Below are positions 20,437 to 30,977 of a DNA stretch of 64,000 nucleotides, piece by piece. Position numbers and translations under genes: made by a program. The stretch is from the NCBI RefSeq assembly GCF_936925435.1, contig NZ_CAKZHQ010000043.1:8859-72858 (forward strand), written 5' to 3'. Positions within the stretch are counted from its first letter, which is position 1; every line of letters begins with the position of its first letter. The stretch comes from an uncultured Ramlibacter sp. (GTDB lineage Bacteria; Pseudomonadota; Gammaproteobacteria; Burkholderiales; Burkholderiaceae_C). The notes below the pieces were generated by a model. That model saw only the letters and a list, made by a program, of their open reading frames with translations. It was not told where the DNA came from and did not search any database.

Positions 20437-22976
20437 GCAGGTACCCCGGTGTGCTTGTTGGCGACGGAATGGATCGCGGCCGACACCGGAATCCAGAATG
20501 AGAAACGGCAGCCGGCGACCTCTGATCCATTGTAGATGTTCTCCGCCTGCATCCTGCCCTGGTGCGACTCCACGATGGTGCGGCACAGGTTCAGGCCGAT
20601 GCCCATGCCCTCGACCTTGGTCGAGAAGAAGGCCTCGTACAGGCGGTCCATCACCTCGGGCGCCAGGCCCGCGCCCGAGTCGAGCACCGAGAACTCCACC
20701 ACCGATTGCAGGTCCTCCATCCGCGGCACGACGCGCAGCTCCACGCTGCGCCGCGCGGTCGGCCGGCGCGCATGCTCGATCGATTCGGCAGCGTTCTTCA
20801 GGAGGTTGACCAGCACCTGCTCGATCAGGATGGGGTCGACCAGCAGCATGGGCAAGCGCGCCGCAACGTAGTGCGACAGCCGCACGTTGCGCCGGCGCAG
20901 CTCGATCTCGGCCAGTTCCACCGCCTCGGTCACCATCGGCCCCACCTCGGACAGGGTGCGGTTGGGTTCGCTGCGCTTCACGAAGCTGCGGATGCGCTGG
21001 ATGATCTGGCCGGCGCGCTGGGCCTGGCGGGCCGTCTTCTCCAGCGCCGCCAGCAGGGCTTCTTCGTCGATCTGCTTGCTCTTGATGCGCGAGACCAGGC
21101 CGTTGCAGTAGTTGTTGATGGCCGTCAGCGGCTGGTTCAGCTCGTGGGCCACGCTCGACGCCATCTCGCCCATGGTGATCAGGCGGCTGGCCGACTGGGC
21201 CCGCTCGGCCTGGGCGGCCGACTGCTCCTCGGCATGGCGGCGCGGCGTGATGTCGGTGGCGATCACCATCTGCGCCAGCCGGCCGTCGACCCAGTTGAGG
21301 TAGCGCGAGCGCACCTCCAGCCACTTGCCCAGCTCGGGCACGAAGATCTCGGCGTTCTCCGACACGGCGGCGGTGAGCTGGCCGGTGGGCAGGCCGACAA
21401 AGGAGTCGACCTCGTCGAGCGCTTCATCGGTGGTGCTGCGTGGGTGCTCGGGCACGCCGGCCTGGGCCACCAGTTGCAGATGGCCGACGGTCTGCACGCC
21501 GAACCACAGGCGGTACAGCTTGTTGGCGAACAGCAGTTCCTCGCTGCCCAGTGGCGCCACGGAGACCGAGGCGTCGAGCGCCTCCAGCACGGTGGTGAAG
21601 CGCTCATAGGAGGCCGATAACTGCTCGCGGATGCGGTTGGGCTCGGTGATGTCGGTCATCGAGGTCATCCAGCCGGTCTGGTGGGCCTTGGCGTCGACCA
21701 GGGGTGAGACATAGAGCCGGGCGTCGAACAGGCCGCCGTCCTTGCGCTTGACCCGCACCTGGAAGCCGCCGGGCGTGGTGCGGCCGTGGATCTCGTCGTC
21801 CAGCCGCGCCGCCAGCTGCTCGCGGTCGGCGTCCGGCCAGTAGGGGAAGGGCGGCGTGCGACCGACCAGCTCGGCCTCGGTCCAGCCTGTCATCTGGCAG
21901 AACGCGGCGTTCACATAGGTGATGCGGCCCTGCATGTCCAGTGCCCGCATGCCGGTGAGCATGGAGTTCTCCATGGCGCGGCGGAAATTGGTCTCGGCGA
22001 TCAAGGCCTGCTGGGCCTGCATGCGCCGCCGGGTGTGGCGCCAGTTGGCGATCAGCATCCAGGCGGTCATGGCCGACAGGGCGCCGACCAGCCAGAACAG
22101 GCCGCTGCCTATCATGCCCAGCGAGGTGCGGTAGGCCTGGGCCCGGATGATCAGGCCGTTGCCCACCGGCGAGACCGGCACCTCGTACTCGTTGTTCTGT
22201 GGCGCCGCCCATGGCAGCAGGTTGGTCGCCGGGTTGCGCGGCGGCACGGCCATGCCGGCGAGCAGGCGGCCCTTGCCATCGAGCAGGGCCACGGCGTACT
22301 TGGCCGAGACTTCGGCCGGCACACCGTAGCGCAGCAGGCTGTCGATCGAATACTCGCCCAGGATGACGCCGCCAAAGCGCCCCTGTTCGGCCAGCGGCAC
22401 GTGCAGCTGCAGCAGGCCGCTGCTGTCGGGGCTGGCCGCCGGCTGCGAATAGACAGGCTGCTGCAGATCGCGCGCCAGGCTGTACATGGCTTCGGTCTCG
22501 CCTGGCCTCAGCACCTCGCCGGTCACGCGCAACTGGCCGCTGGCCAGGCTGGGTGCGGCGTAGCTGGCCTTGATGCGGCGGCGCTCGTCGATCCAGGCCA
22601 GCGACTGCAGCTCCGGGTACTGGATCACCATGGACTCGGCGCGGCCGACGAATTCCTCAGGGTCGACTTCCTTGTTGGAGATGTCGCGCGCGATGCGCAT
22701 CAGCTGCTCCTGGCGCTCGAGCAGGCGCAGGCGCACGCGCTGCTGGGCGTATTCGACGTCGCGCTTGACGGCTTCCTGCTCGCGGTCCATCTCCTCGAGC
22801 CGCAGGTACCAGAAGGCCGCGATGATGGCTGACAGAAACAGCAGCACGGCCGCCAACGGCGCCAGCATGGCGAAACGGTCCTGCCGGCCGGGCGTCTGCT
22901 TGCGCCACCAGCGGCGCATCCAGCGCGTCGGCGGCGCCGCTTCGTGCAGTTCGGGGACGACGGAATTGTCTTGCAT
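20433..22976 (-). CDS. membrane sensor histidine kinase with periplasmic domain and PAS domain
   Basis: Two hydrophobic segments flank a region of about 270 aa. PAS (GRITYVNAAFCQMTGWTEAELVGR), H-box SSVAHELNQPLTAI, N/G boxes LLKNAAESI, DSGAGL, GMGIGL. Start is uncertain: ATG at 22976 or GTG at 23012. Confidence 0.8.
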   Translation of the reverse strand: MQDNSVVPELHEAAPPTRWMRRWWRKQTPGRQDRFAMLAPLAAVLLFLSAIIAAFWYLRLEEMDREQEAVKRDVEYAQQRVRLRLLERQEQLMRIARDISNKEVDPEEFVGRAESMVIQYPELQSLAWIDERRRIKASYAAPSLASGQLRVTGEVLRPGETEAMYSLARDLQQPVYSQPAASPDSSGLLQLHVPLAEQGRFGGVILGEYSIDSLLRYGVPAEVSAKYAVALLDGKGRLLAGMAVPPRNPATNLLPWAAPQNNEYEVPVSPVGNGLIIRAQAYRTSLGMIGSGLFWLVGALSAMTAWMLIANWRHTRRRMQAQQALIAETNFRRAMENSMLTGMRALDMQGRITYVNAAFCQMTGWTEAELVGRTPPFPYWPDADREQLAARLDDEIHGRTTPGGFQVRVKRKDGGLFDARLYVSPLVDAKAHQTGWMTSMTDITEPNRIREQLSASYERFTTVLEALDASVSVAPLGSEELLFANKLYRLWFGVQTVGHLQLVAQAGVPEHPRSTTDEALDEVDSFVGLPTGQLTAAVSENAEIFVPELGKWLEVRSRYLNWVDGRLAQMVIATDITPRRHAEEQSAAQAERAQSASRLITMGEMASSVAHELNQPLTAINNYCNGLVSRIKSKQIDEEALLAALEKTARQAQRAGQIIQRIRSFVKRSEPNRTLSEVGPMVTEAVELAEIELRRRNVRLSHYVAARLPMLLVDPILIEQVLVNLLKNAAESIEHARRPTARRSVELRVVPRMEDLQSVVEFSVLDSGAGLAPEVMDRLYEAFFSTKVEGMGIGLNLCRTIVESHQGRMQAENIYNGSEVAGCRFSFWIPVSAAIHSVANKHTGVPA

Positions 22977-23049
22977 CAGCAGAGTGTAGGGTGCGCCAAT
23001 GCTGCGCCGCACCCAGGTTTATTCATAATGTGAAACGTGTACGCGCCAT

Positions 23050-23078
23050 TTGAAATGTCACCAATTCTGTTTTACACT
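23050..23078 (+). promoter_or_regulatory. candidate sigma70-type promoter of aceE
   Basis: TTGAAA (23050-23055), 17-nt spacer, TACACT (23073-23078), in a locally AT-rich stretch about 62 nt upstream of the aceE ATG. Confidence 0.3.
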
Positions 23079-23139
23079 GCCGGCACGGTACGGTGAGCCG
23101 TACTAAATTACGCCAGACCTATAAAGAAGGAGACAAGCC

Positions 23140-25869
23140 ATGTCTGCACAGCCCGACAACCTGTTCGGCTCGGCCGCTAATGACGCGGACGCCGTCGAAA
23201 CCCGTGAATGGATCGATGCGCTGTCCGCAGTCATCGCCGCCGAAGGCCACGAGCGCGGCCACTTCCTGCTGGAGCAACTGCTGGAGCAGGCGCGCCAGGA
23301 AGGCATCGACATGCCTTTTTCGGCCACCACCGGTTACGTCAACACCATCGAGACCTCCGAAGAAGAGCGTTGCCCCGGCAACCTGGAGATCGAGGAGCGC
23401 CTGCGCGCCTACATGCGCTGGAACGCCATGGCCATGGTGGTCAAGGCCAACCGCCTGCATCCCGCCGACGGCGGTGACCTGGGCGGCCACATCAGCTCGT
23501 TTGCTTCGGTGGCCAACATGTTCGGCGCCGGCTTCAACCACTTCTGGCATGCCGAGAGCAACGAGCCGGGCAAGGAACACGGCGGCGACTGCCTCTACAT
23601 CCAGGGCCACAGCTCGCCCGGCGTCTACGCCCGCGCCTTTCTGGAAGGCCGCATCAGCGAGGAGCAGCTGCTCAACTTCCGCCAGGAAGTCGACGGCAAG
23701 GGCATCTCCAGCTACCCGCATCCCAAGCTGATGCCCGAGTTCTGGCAGTTCCCCACCGTTTCCATGGGCCTGGGCCCGCTGATGGCGATCTACCAGGCGC
23801 GCTTCCTGAAGTACCTGCATGCCCGCGGCATCGCCAACACCGAGAACCGCAAGGTCTGGGTCTTCTGCGGCGACGGCGAGATGGACGAGGTCGAGTCGCT
23901 GGGCGCCATCGGCGTGGCTGCGCGCGAGAAGCTCGACAACCTGGTCTTCGTCGTCAACTGCAACCTGCAGCGGCTCGATGGTCCGGTGCGCGGCAACGGC
24001 AAGATCATCCAGGAGCTCGAAGGCGAGTTCCGCGGCGCCGGCTGGAACGTCATCAAGCTGATCTGGGGCAGCTACTGGGACCCGCTGCTGGCGCGCGACA
24101 AGGAAGGCATCCTGCGCAAGGTCATGATGGACACGGTCGACGGCGACTACCAGGCCATGAAGGCCAATGACGGTGCCTTCGTGCGCAAGAACTTCTTCGG
24201 CCGCCATCCCAAGGCCCTGGAGATGGTTGCCAAGATGAGCGACGAGGACATCTGGCGCCTGCAGCGCGGCGGCCACGACCCGCAGAAGGTCTATGCCGCG
24301 TTCCACAAGGCCGTCAACCACAAGGGCCAGCCGACGGTGCTGCTGGTCAAGACGGTCAAGGGCTTCGGCATGGGCAAGAGCGGCGAGGGCCGCAACACGG
24401 CGCACCAGACCAAGAAGCTGGGCGACGACGACATCCGCGCCTTCCGCGACCGCTTCAACATCCCGATTCCGGACGAGCAGCTGGCCGAGGTGCCCTTCTA
24501 CAAGCCGGCCGACCACACGCCCGAGATGCAGTACCTGCACGAGCGCCGCAAGGCCCTGGGCGGCTACCTGCCGCACCGCCGCGTCAAGGCCGACGAGCAG
24601 ATCGCCGTGCCGCCGCTGGAAGCCTTCAAGGCGGTGCTCGAGCCCACGGTCGAGGGCCGCGAGATCAGCACCACCCAGGCCTACGTGCGTTTCCTGTCGG
24701 CGCTGCTGCGCGACAAGGACCTGGGCCCGCGCGCCGTGCCCATCCTGGTCGATGAGGCCCGCACCTTCGGCATGGAAGGCCTGTTCCGCCAGATCGGCAT
24801 CTACAACCACGAAGGCCAGAACTACACGCCGCAGGACAGAGACCAGGTCTCCTACTACAAGGAAGAGAAGAACGGCCAGATCCTGCAAGAGGGCATCAAC
24901 GAGGCCGGCGGCATGGCCAGCTGGATCGCCGCGGCGACGTCGTACTCGACGAACAACCGCATCATGGTGCCGTTCTACATCTACTACTCGATGTTCGGCC
25001 TGCAGCGCGTGGGCGACCTGTGCTGGGCGGCCGGCGACATGCAGGCCCGCGGCTTCCTGCTGGGCGGCACCTCGGGCCGCACCACGCTCAACGGCGAAGG
25101 CCTGCAGCATGAGGACGGCCACAGCCACATCATGGCCGGCACCATCCCCAACTGCGTGAGCTACGACCCGACCTTCGCCCACGAAGTCGCGGTGATCATG
25201 CAGCATGGCCTCAAGCGCATGGTGGAAAAGCAGGAGAACGTCTTCTACTACATCACCTTGCTCAACGAAAACTACCCCATGCCCGGCCTGCAGCCCGGCA
25301 CCGAGGAGCAGATCGTCAAGGGCATGTACCTGTTCAAGGAAGGCGCCAAGCTCACCCCGCGCGTGCAGCTGCTGGGCTCGGGCACCATCTTGCGCGAGTC
25401 GCTGGCGGCGCAGGAGATGCTGGAGAAGGAATGGGGCGTGGCGGCCAACGTCTGGAGCTGCCCCAGCTTCAACGAGCTGGCCCGCGACGGCCAGGACTGC
25501 GAGCGCTGGAACCTGCTGCATCCCACCGAGAAGGCCCGCGTCTCCTTCGTGGCCCAGCAGCTGGACAAGCACACCGGCCCGGTGGTCGCGTCGACCGACT
25601 ACATGAAGGCCTATGCCGAGCAGATCCGCCCCTACGTGCAGAACTCCACCAAGGGCGGCCGCACTTTCAAGGTGCTGGGCACGGACGGCTTTGGCCGCAG
25701 CGACTTCCGCAGCAAGCTGCGCGAGCACTTCGAAATCAACCGCCACTACATCGTGCTGGCCGCGCTCAAGGCGCTGAGCGAGGAGGGCACGGTGCCGGTC
25801 GCCAAGGTGGCCGAAGCCATTGCCAAATACGGGATCAAGGCCGACAAGATCAACCCGCTGCACGCGTAA
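23140..25869 (+). CDS. aceE: pyruvate dehydrogenase E1 component (homodimeric type)
   Basis: 909 aa. AAGGAGA RBS. Typical AceE sequence throughout (GGHISSFAS, VWVFCGDGEMDE, RLDGPVRGNGKIIQELE). Confidence 0.95.
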   Translation: MSAQPDNLFGSAANDADAVETREWIDALSAVIAAEGHERGHFLLEQLLEQARQEGIDMPFSATTGYVNTIETSEEERCPGNLEIEERLRAYMRWNAMAMVVKANRLHPADGGDLGGHISSFASVANMFGAGFNHFWHAESNEPGKEHGGDCLYIQGHSSPGVYARAFLEGRISEEQLLNFRQEVDGKGISSYPHPKLMPEFWQFPTVSMGLGPLMAIYQARFLKYLHARGIANTENRKVWVFCGDGEMDEVESLGAIGVAAREKLDNLVFVVNCNLQRLDGPVRGNGKIIQELEGEFRGAGWNVIKLIWGSYWDPLLARDKEGILRKVMMDTVDGDYQAMKANDGAFVRKNFFGRHPKALEMVAKMSDEDIWRLQRGGHDPQKVYAAFHKAVNHKGQPTVLLVKTVKGFGMGKSGEGRNTAHQTKKLGDDDIRAFRDRFNIPIPDEQLAEVPFYKPADHTPEMQYLHERRKALGGYLPHRRVKADEQIAVPPLEAFKAVLEPTVEGREISTTQAYVRFLSALLRDKDLGPRAVPILVDEARTFGMEGLFRQIGIYNHEGQNYTPQDRDQVSYYKEEKNGQILQEGINEAGGMASWIAAATSYSTNNRIMVPFYIYYSMFGLQRVGDLCWAAGDMQARGFLLGGTSGRTTLNGEGLQHEDGHSHIMAGTIPNCVSYDPTFAHEVAVIMQHGLKRMVEKQENVFYYITLLNENYPMPGLQPGTEEQIVKGMYLFKEGAKLTPRVQLLGSGTILRESLAAQEMLEKEWGVAANVWSCPSFNELARDGQDCERWNLLHPTEKARVSFVAQQLDKHTGPVVASTDYMKAYAEQIRPYVQNSTKGGRTFKVLGTDGFGRSDFRSKLREHFEINRHYIVLAALKALSEEGTVPVAKVAEAIAKYGIKADKINPLHA

Positions 25870-25895
25870 GAATAAGAACACTGGAGAACAACAAC

Positions 25896-27563
25896 ATGGC
25901 GCTGATCGAAGTGCAGGTTCCCGACATCGGGGACTTCGACGAGGTTGCGGTCATCGAGCTGCTGGTCAAGCCCGGCGACACGGTGAAGGCCGAGCAATCC
26001 CTGGTGACGGTGGAATCCGACAAGGCCTCGATGGAGATCCCATCTGCCGCCGCTGGCGTGGTCAAGGAACTGCGCATCAAGGTCGGCGATAAAGTGAAGC
26101 AAGGATCGGTGCTGCTGGTACTGGAAGCCGCCGGCGCGGCCGCCGCTCCCGCTCCCGCTCCCGCTCCCGCTCCGGCCCCTGTTCCCGAGCAAAAACAGGT
26201 TCCAGCCCCCGCCATTCCTTCGCCGTCTGCTCCTGTTTCAGGAGCAAGCACGGGCCCGGTCGAGGTCCGCGTTCCGGACATCGGCGACTTCAAGGATGTC
26301 GCCGTCATCGAGATCCTGGTCAAGCCGGGCGATGCCATCGGGCTGGAGCAATCGCTGATCACCGTGGAGTCGGACAAGGCGTCCATGGAGATCCCCTCGG
26401 GCGCGGCGGGCGTGCTCAAGGAGATGAAGGTCAAGATCGGCGATGTGGTCAACATCGGTGACCTGGTGGCCATCCTGGAAGGTTCTACAGCCGCAGCGCC
26501 TGCCGTTGCGGTTGCGGCAGCATCGGCGCCCATTGCGGCCGCGGCCTCCGCGCCCGTGGCCCAGCCGTCGGAACGCGCCCTGCCCACGGCAGCCTTGCCG
26601 CCCCACGAGCCCACCGCGCCGACCGGCACGCTGCCCCATGCCTCGCCTTCGGTGCGCAAGTTCGCGCGCGAGCTGGGCGTGCCGCTGGAAGAAGTCAAGG
26701 GCACGGGCCCCAAGAGCCGCGTCACGCAGGACGACGTCCAGGCCTTCACCAAGGCGGTGATGCAGGGCGACACCCGCACCAAGGCCGCGGCGGCCAAGGC
26801 GCCTGCCGGCGGTGGTGGTGGCGGCGGCGAGTTGAACCTGCTGCCCTGGCCCAAGGTCGACTTCGCCAAGTTCGGCCCGGTCGAGCGCAAGGAGATGTCG
26901 CGCATCAAGAAGATCAGCGGCGCCAACCTGCACCGCAACTGGGTGATGATCCCGCACGTCACCAGCTACGACGATGCCGACATCACCGAGCTCGAAGCCT
27001 TCCGCGTGGCCACCAACAAGGACAACGAGAAGTCCGGCATCAAGGTCACCATGCTGGCCTTCGTCATCAAGGCGGTGGTCGCGGCGCTCAAGAAATTCCC
27101 GGACTTCAATGCCAGCCTGGACGGTGACCAGCTGGTCTACAAGCAGTACTTCCACATCGGCTTTGCCGCCGACACGCCCAATGGCCTGGTGGTGCCGGTG
27201 CTGCGCGATGTCGACAAGAAGGGCATCCTGCAGATCAGCCAGGAGATGGGCGAACTGGCCAAGAAGGCCCGCGACGGCAAGCTCAGTGCCGGTGACATGC
27301 AAGGCGGCTGTTTCTCCATCAGCTCGCTGGGTGGCCTGGGCACGACCTACTTCACGCCGCTGATCAACGCGCCCGAGGTCGCCATCCTGGGCCTGTCGCG
27401 CAGCAGCATGAAGCCGGTCTGGGACGGCAGCGCTTTCCAGCCGCGCCTGGTCATGCCGCTGTCGCTGTCCTATGACCACCGCGTCATCGACGGCGCGGCC
27501 GGCGCGCGTTTCAACACCTACCTGGCCCAGGTGCTGGCGGACTTCCGCCGCGTCCTGTTGTAA
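25896..27563 (+). CDS. aceF: dihydrolipoyllysine-residue acetyltransferase (E2), two lipoyl domains
   Basis: Start [14 protein letters not shown] after GGAG. Two [10 protein letters not shown] lipoyl motifs, Ala/Pro linkers, E3-binding segment [12 protein letters not shown], catalytic [10 protein letters not shown]. Confidence 0.95.
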   Translation: MALIEVQVPDIGDFDEVAVIELLVKPGDTVKAEQSLVTVESDKASMEIPSAAAGVVKELRIKVGDKVKQGSVLLVLEAAGAAAAPAPAPAPAPAPVPEQKQVPAPAIPSPSAPVSGASTGPVEVRVPDIGDFKDVAVIEILVKPGDAIGLEQSLITVESDKASMEIPSGAAGVLKEMKVKIGDVVNIGDLVAILEGSTAAAPAVAVAAASAPIAAAASAPVAQPSERALPTAALPPHEPTAPTGTLPHASPSVRKFARELGVPLEEVKGTGPKSRVTQDDVQAFTKAVMQGDTRTKAAAAKAPAGGGGGGGELNLLPWPKVDFAKFGPVERKEMSRIKKISGANLHRNWVMIPHVTSYDDADITELEAFRVATNKDNEKSGIKVTMLAFVIKAVVAALKKFPDFNASLDGDQLVYKQYFHIGFAADTPNGLVVPVLRDVDKKGILQISQEMGELAKKARDGKLSAGDMQGGCFSISSLGGLGTTYFTPLINAPEVAILGLSRSSMKPVWDGSAFQPRLVMPLSLSYDHRVIDGAAGARFNTYLAQVLADFRRVLL

Positions 27564-27575
27564 GGGCGCAGCGCG

Positions 27576-28166
27576 ATGACCACAGTCGTTGTTGTGAGGA
27601 AGGCCGGTCAGGTCGCCATCGCCGCCGACACCCTGGTGACCTTCGGCGACACCCGGCTGGCGCACCGCTTCGAGGCCAACACCAAGATCTTCCAGGTCGA
27701 GACCGACGCCGGGCCCAGCTACATTGGCATGGCCGGCACCGTGGCCCATTTCCCGGTGCTGCGCAAGGCCCTGGGCGCGATGCCGCGCGAGCTGCTCAAG
27801 CTGACCAGCAAGGACGATGTCTTCGACACCTTCACCAAGCTGCATCCCTACCTGAAGGACAACTTCTTCCTGCAGACCAAGGAAGAAGACAGCGACCCCT
27901 ACGAGTCCAGCCAGTTCAGCGTGGTGATCGCCAATGCCAGCGGCATCTACGGCCTGTACAGCTACCGCGAGGTCTTCGAGTTCAAGGAATTCTGGGGCAT
28001 CGGTTCCGGCCGCAGCTTTGCCCTGGGCGCCATGCACGCGGCCTACGGCAAGGCCAAGACCGCCAGGGAAGTGGCGCAGGCCGGCATCGCCGCCGGCTGC
28101 GAGTTCGACCGCAACTCCGCAGGTCCCTGCGACGTGTTCACAATCAAAATGAAAGGCGCCAAATGA
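27576..28166 (+). CDS. proteasome beta/HslV-like Ntn-hydrolase homologue (possibly the BPH type)
   Basis: 196 aa. [19 protein letters not shown] (Thr directly after Met, Asp18), NTKIF (Lys37), GIGSG at 141-145. These align by eye with HslV: TTIVSVRRNGHVVIAGD..KKVRR..AIGSGG. The stop overlaps the lpdA ATG. Confidence 0.65.
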   Translation: MTTVVVVRKAGQVAIAADTLVTFGDTRLAHRFEANTKIFQVETDAGPSYIGMAGTVAHFPVLRKALGAMPRELLKLTSKDDVFDTFTKLHPYLKDNFFLQTKEEDSDPYESSQFSVVIANASGIYGLYSYREVFEFKEFWGIGSGRSFALGAMHAAYGKAKTAREVAQAGIAAGCEFDRNSAGPCDVFTIKMKGAK

Positions 28167-29983
28167 GCGTCATTGACATTCAAGTGCCGGACATCGGCGA
28201 TTTCGATGAGGTTGCTGTCATCGAGGTTCTGGTCAAGCCCGGCGACACGGTCAAGGCCGAACAGTCGCTGGTGACGGTGGAGTCCGACAAGGCCTCGATG
28301 GAGATTCCGTCCAGCCATGCCGGCGTGGTCAAGGAACTCAAGATCAAGGTCGGCGACAAGGTCAAGCAAGGTTCCGTGTTGCTGACTCTGGAAGCGGCTG
28401 CTGGCGCCGCTGCACCGGCCGCAGCCCCTGTTTCGGCACCGAATCAGCCTGCAGCCCCCGTGCAGGCTCCCTCATCTGCTCCTGTTTCTGTAGCGCCTAC
28501 GGCCAATTACGGCGGCGGTGTCGACCAGGAATGCGACGTGCTAGTGCTCGGCGGCGGCCCCGGCGGCTACTCGGCCGCCTTCCGCGCCGCCGACCTGGGG
28601 CTCAAGGTCGTCCTGGTCGAGCGCTATGCCACCCTGGGTGGCGTCTGCCTGAACGTGGGCTGCATTCCCTCCAAGGCCCTGCTGCACGTGGCAGCGGTGA
28701 TGGACGAGGTCAGCCACTTCGAGGCCCTGGGCGTGAGCTACGGCAAGCCGGTGGTCGATCTGGCCAAGCTCAAGGCCCACAAGAACAAGGTCCTGTCCAA
28801 GCTCACCGGCGGCCTCACGGCCATGGCCAAGATGCGCAAGGTGACGGTGGTGCGCGGCTACGGCCAGTTCCTGGACCCGCACCATCTCGAGGTCGAAGAG
28901 ACCACGGGCCAGGCCCAGGAGCGCACGGGCAAGAAGCAGACCGTCAAGTTCAAGAGTGCCATCATCGCCGCCGGCTCGCAGGCCGTGCACCTGCCCTTCA
29001 TGCCCAAGGACCCGCGCGTGGTGGACTCCACCGGCGCGCTGGAGCTGGGCAGCAGCCCGAAGCGCATGCTCATCCTGGGCGGCGGCATCATCGGCCTGGA
29101 GATGGGCACGGTCTATTCGACGCTGGGCGCGCGCCTGGACGTGGTCGAGATGCTGGACGGCCTGATGCAGGGCGCCGACCGCGACCTGGTCAAGGTCTGG
29201 CAGAAGATGAACACGCCGCGCTTTGACAACATCATGCTCAAGACCAAGACCGTGGGCGCCGAGGCGACCCAGGATGGCATTCGCGTGACGTTCGAAGGCG
29301 AGCAGGCACCCAAGGAGCCGCAGGTCTATGACCTGGTGCTGCAGGCCGTGGGCCGCACGCCCAACGGCAAGAAGATCGGTGCTGACAAAGCCGGTGTGGC
29401 GGTGAGCGAGCGTGGCTTCATCGCGGTGGACATCCAGATGCGCACCAACGTACCCCACATCTTTGCCATCGGCGACGTCGTCGGCCAGCCCATGCTGGCC
29501 CATAAGGCGGTGCACGAGGGCCATGTGGCGGCGGAAGTCGCGGCCGGCAGCCTCAACGGCGACCAGGCGTTGCAACGCGCCGCCTTCAATGCCCGCGTCA
29601 TCCCCAGCGTGGCCTATACAGATCCCGAGGTGGCCTGGGTGGGTCTGACCGAGGACCAGGCCAAGGCCCAGGGCATCGCCATCAAGAAGGGCCACTTCCC
29701 CTGGTCGGCTTCCGGCCGTGCCATCGCCAATACCCGGGACGAGGGCTTCACCAAGCTGCTGTTCGACGCGCAAACCCATCGCATCCTGGGCGGCGGCATC
29801 GTCGGCACCCATGCGGGCGACATGATCGGCGAGGTGGCCCTGGCCATCGAGATGGGTGCCGACGAGATCGACATCGGCAAGACCATCCATCCGCATCCCA
29901 CGCTGGGCGAGAGCATCGGCATGGCGGCGGAAATCGCCCACGGCACCTGCACCGACGTGCCGCCGCCGCGTAAGCCAAGCTGA
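28163..29983 (+). CDS. lpdA: dihydrolipoyl dehydrogenase (E3) with N-terminal lipoyl domain
   Basis: 606 aa. N-terminal lipoyl domain ([10 protein letters not shown]), Ala/Pro linker, then GGGPGGY, redox disulfide [19 protein letters not shown]-type C-terminus (IHPHPTLGE). Confidence 0.9.
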   Translation: MSVIDIQVPDIGDFDEVAVIEVLVKPGDTVKAEQSLVTVESDKASMEIPSSHAGVVKELKIKVGDKVKQGSVLLTLEAAAGAAAPAAAPVSAPNQPAAPVQAPSSAPVSVAPTANYGGGVDQECDVLVLGGGPGGYSAAFRAADLGLKVVLVERYATLGGVCLNVGCIPSKALLHVAAVMDEVSHFEALGVSYGKPVVDLAKLKAHKNKVLSKLTGGLTAMAKMRKVTVVRGYGQFLDPHHLEVEETTGQAQERTGKKQTVKFKSAIIAAGSQAVHLPFMPKDPRVVDSTGALELGSSPKRMLILGGGIIGLEMGTVYSTLGARLDVVEMLDGLMQGADRDLVKVWQKMNTPRFDNIMLKTKTVGAEATQDGIRVTFEGEQAPKEPQVYDLVLQAVGRTPNGKKIGADKAGVAVSERGFIAVDIQMRTNVPHIFAIGDVVGQPMLAHKAVHEGHVAAEVAAGSLNGDQALQRAAFNARVIPSVAYTDPEVAWVGLTEDQAKAQGIAIKKGHFPWSASGRAIANTRDEGFTKLLFDAQTHRILGGGIVGTHAGDMIGEVALAIEMGADEIDIGKTIHPHPTLGESIGMAAEIAHGTCTDVPPPRKPS

Positions 29984-29989
29984 TTTTTT

Positions 29990-30454
<465 letters not shown>

Positions 30455-30476
30455 GGGCGTCCTTTCTCTCGCTCGC

Positions 30477-30950
30477 TCAGCGGCAGCGCAGGGGCAGCAG
30501 GCCGGCGGGCACGTCGGTCTTGTTGACGCCCTGCGCCTTCATCTTGTCCGGCGCCGTGGCCGGGCCGCACAACCACGTGATGGGAACGACAGGCGTGTCC
30601 TCCACCACCGCCGGCCGCAGGCTCAAGGTCTTGCCCAGCAGGGCCCGGTTGGCCTTGTTGCCGAAGCGGATGTGGATGGCGCCGTCCTGCACGGTCACGC
30701 TGCTGACCACCGCGTTGACGATCTTGTCCGCCTGCGGCAGGCCGGCCGCGGCGTTGTCGGCCGGCAGCGGCTGCCCCAGCAGCCAGGCCGCGGCCACGGG
30801 CGGCTTGGCAATGTCGGCCAGGGGCAGGGCCTCGGCCACCTGCTCGCGCACGATGCGGTCAAGGTAGCTGGGCAGGGCGATCAGCGAGAGGATGGCGATC
30901 ACGGCGATCACCACCATGAGCTCGATCAGGGTGAATCCGTTGCGACGCAT
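30477..30950 (-). CDS. type IV pilin (prepilin with N-terminal methylation site)
   Basis: MRRNG/FTLIELMVVIAVIAILSLIALPSY (G-F cleavage site, Glu5). C-terminal Cys...Cys loop (WLCGPATAP...PLRCR). Confidence 0.8.
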   Translation of the reverse strand: MRRNGFTLIELMVVIAVIAILSLIALPSYLDRIVREQVAEALPLADIAKPPVAAAWLLGQPLPADNAAAGLPQADKIVNAVVSSVTVQDGAIHIRFGNKANRALLGKTLSLRPAVVEDTPVVPITWLCGPATAPDKMKAQGVNKTDVPAGLLPLRCR

Positions 30951-30977
30951 CGGACCATCATAGCCAGCGCACTGACC

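Noticed and set aside
26145-26174. Short tandem DNA repeats that could look like array-type elements: GCTCCC units in aceF, (GGT)12 at 57829-57864 and (GACCCC)6 at 61141-61176
   Set aside because: All are in frame inside coding linkers (Ala-Pro, Gly, Thr-Pro). They have no spacers and no cas genes, so they are not CRISPR or intergenic repeat arrays.
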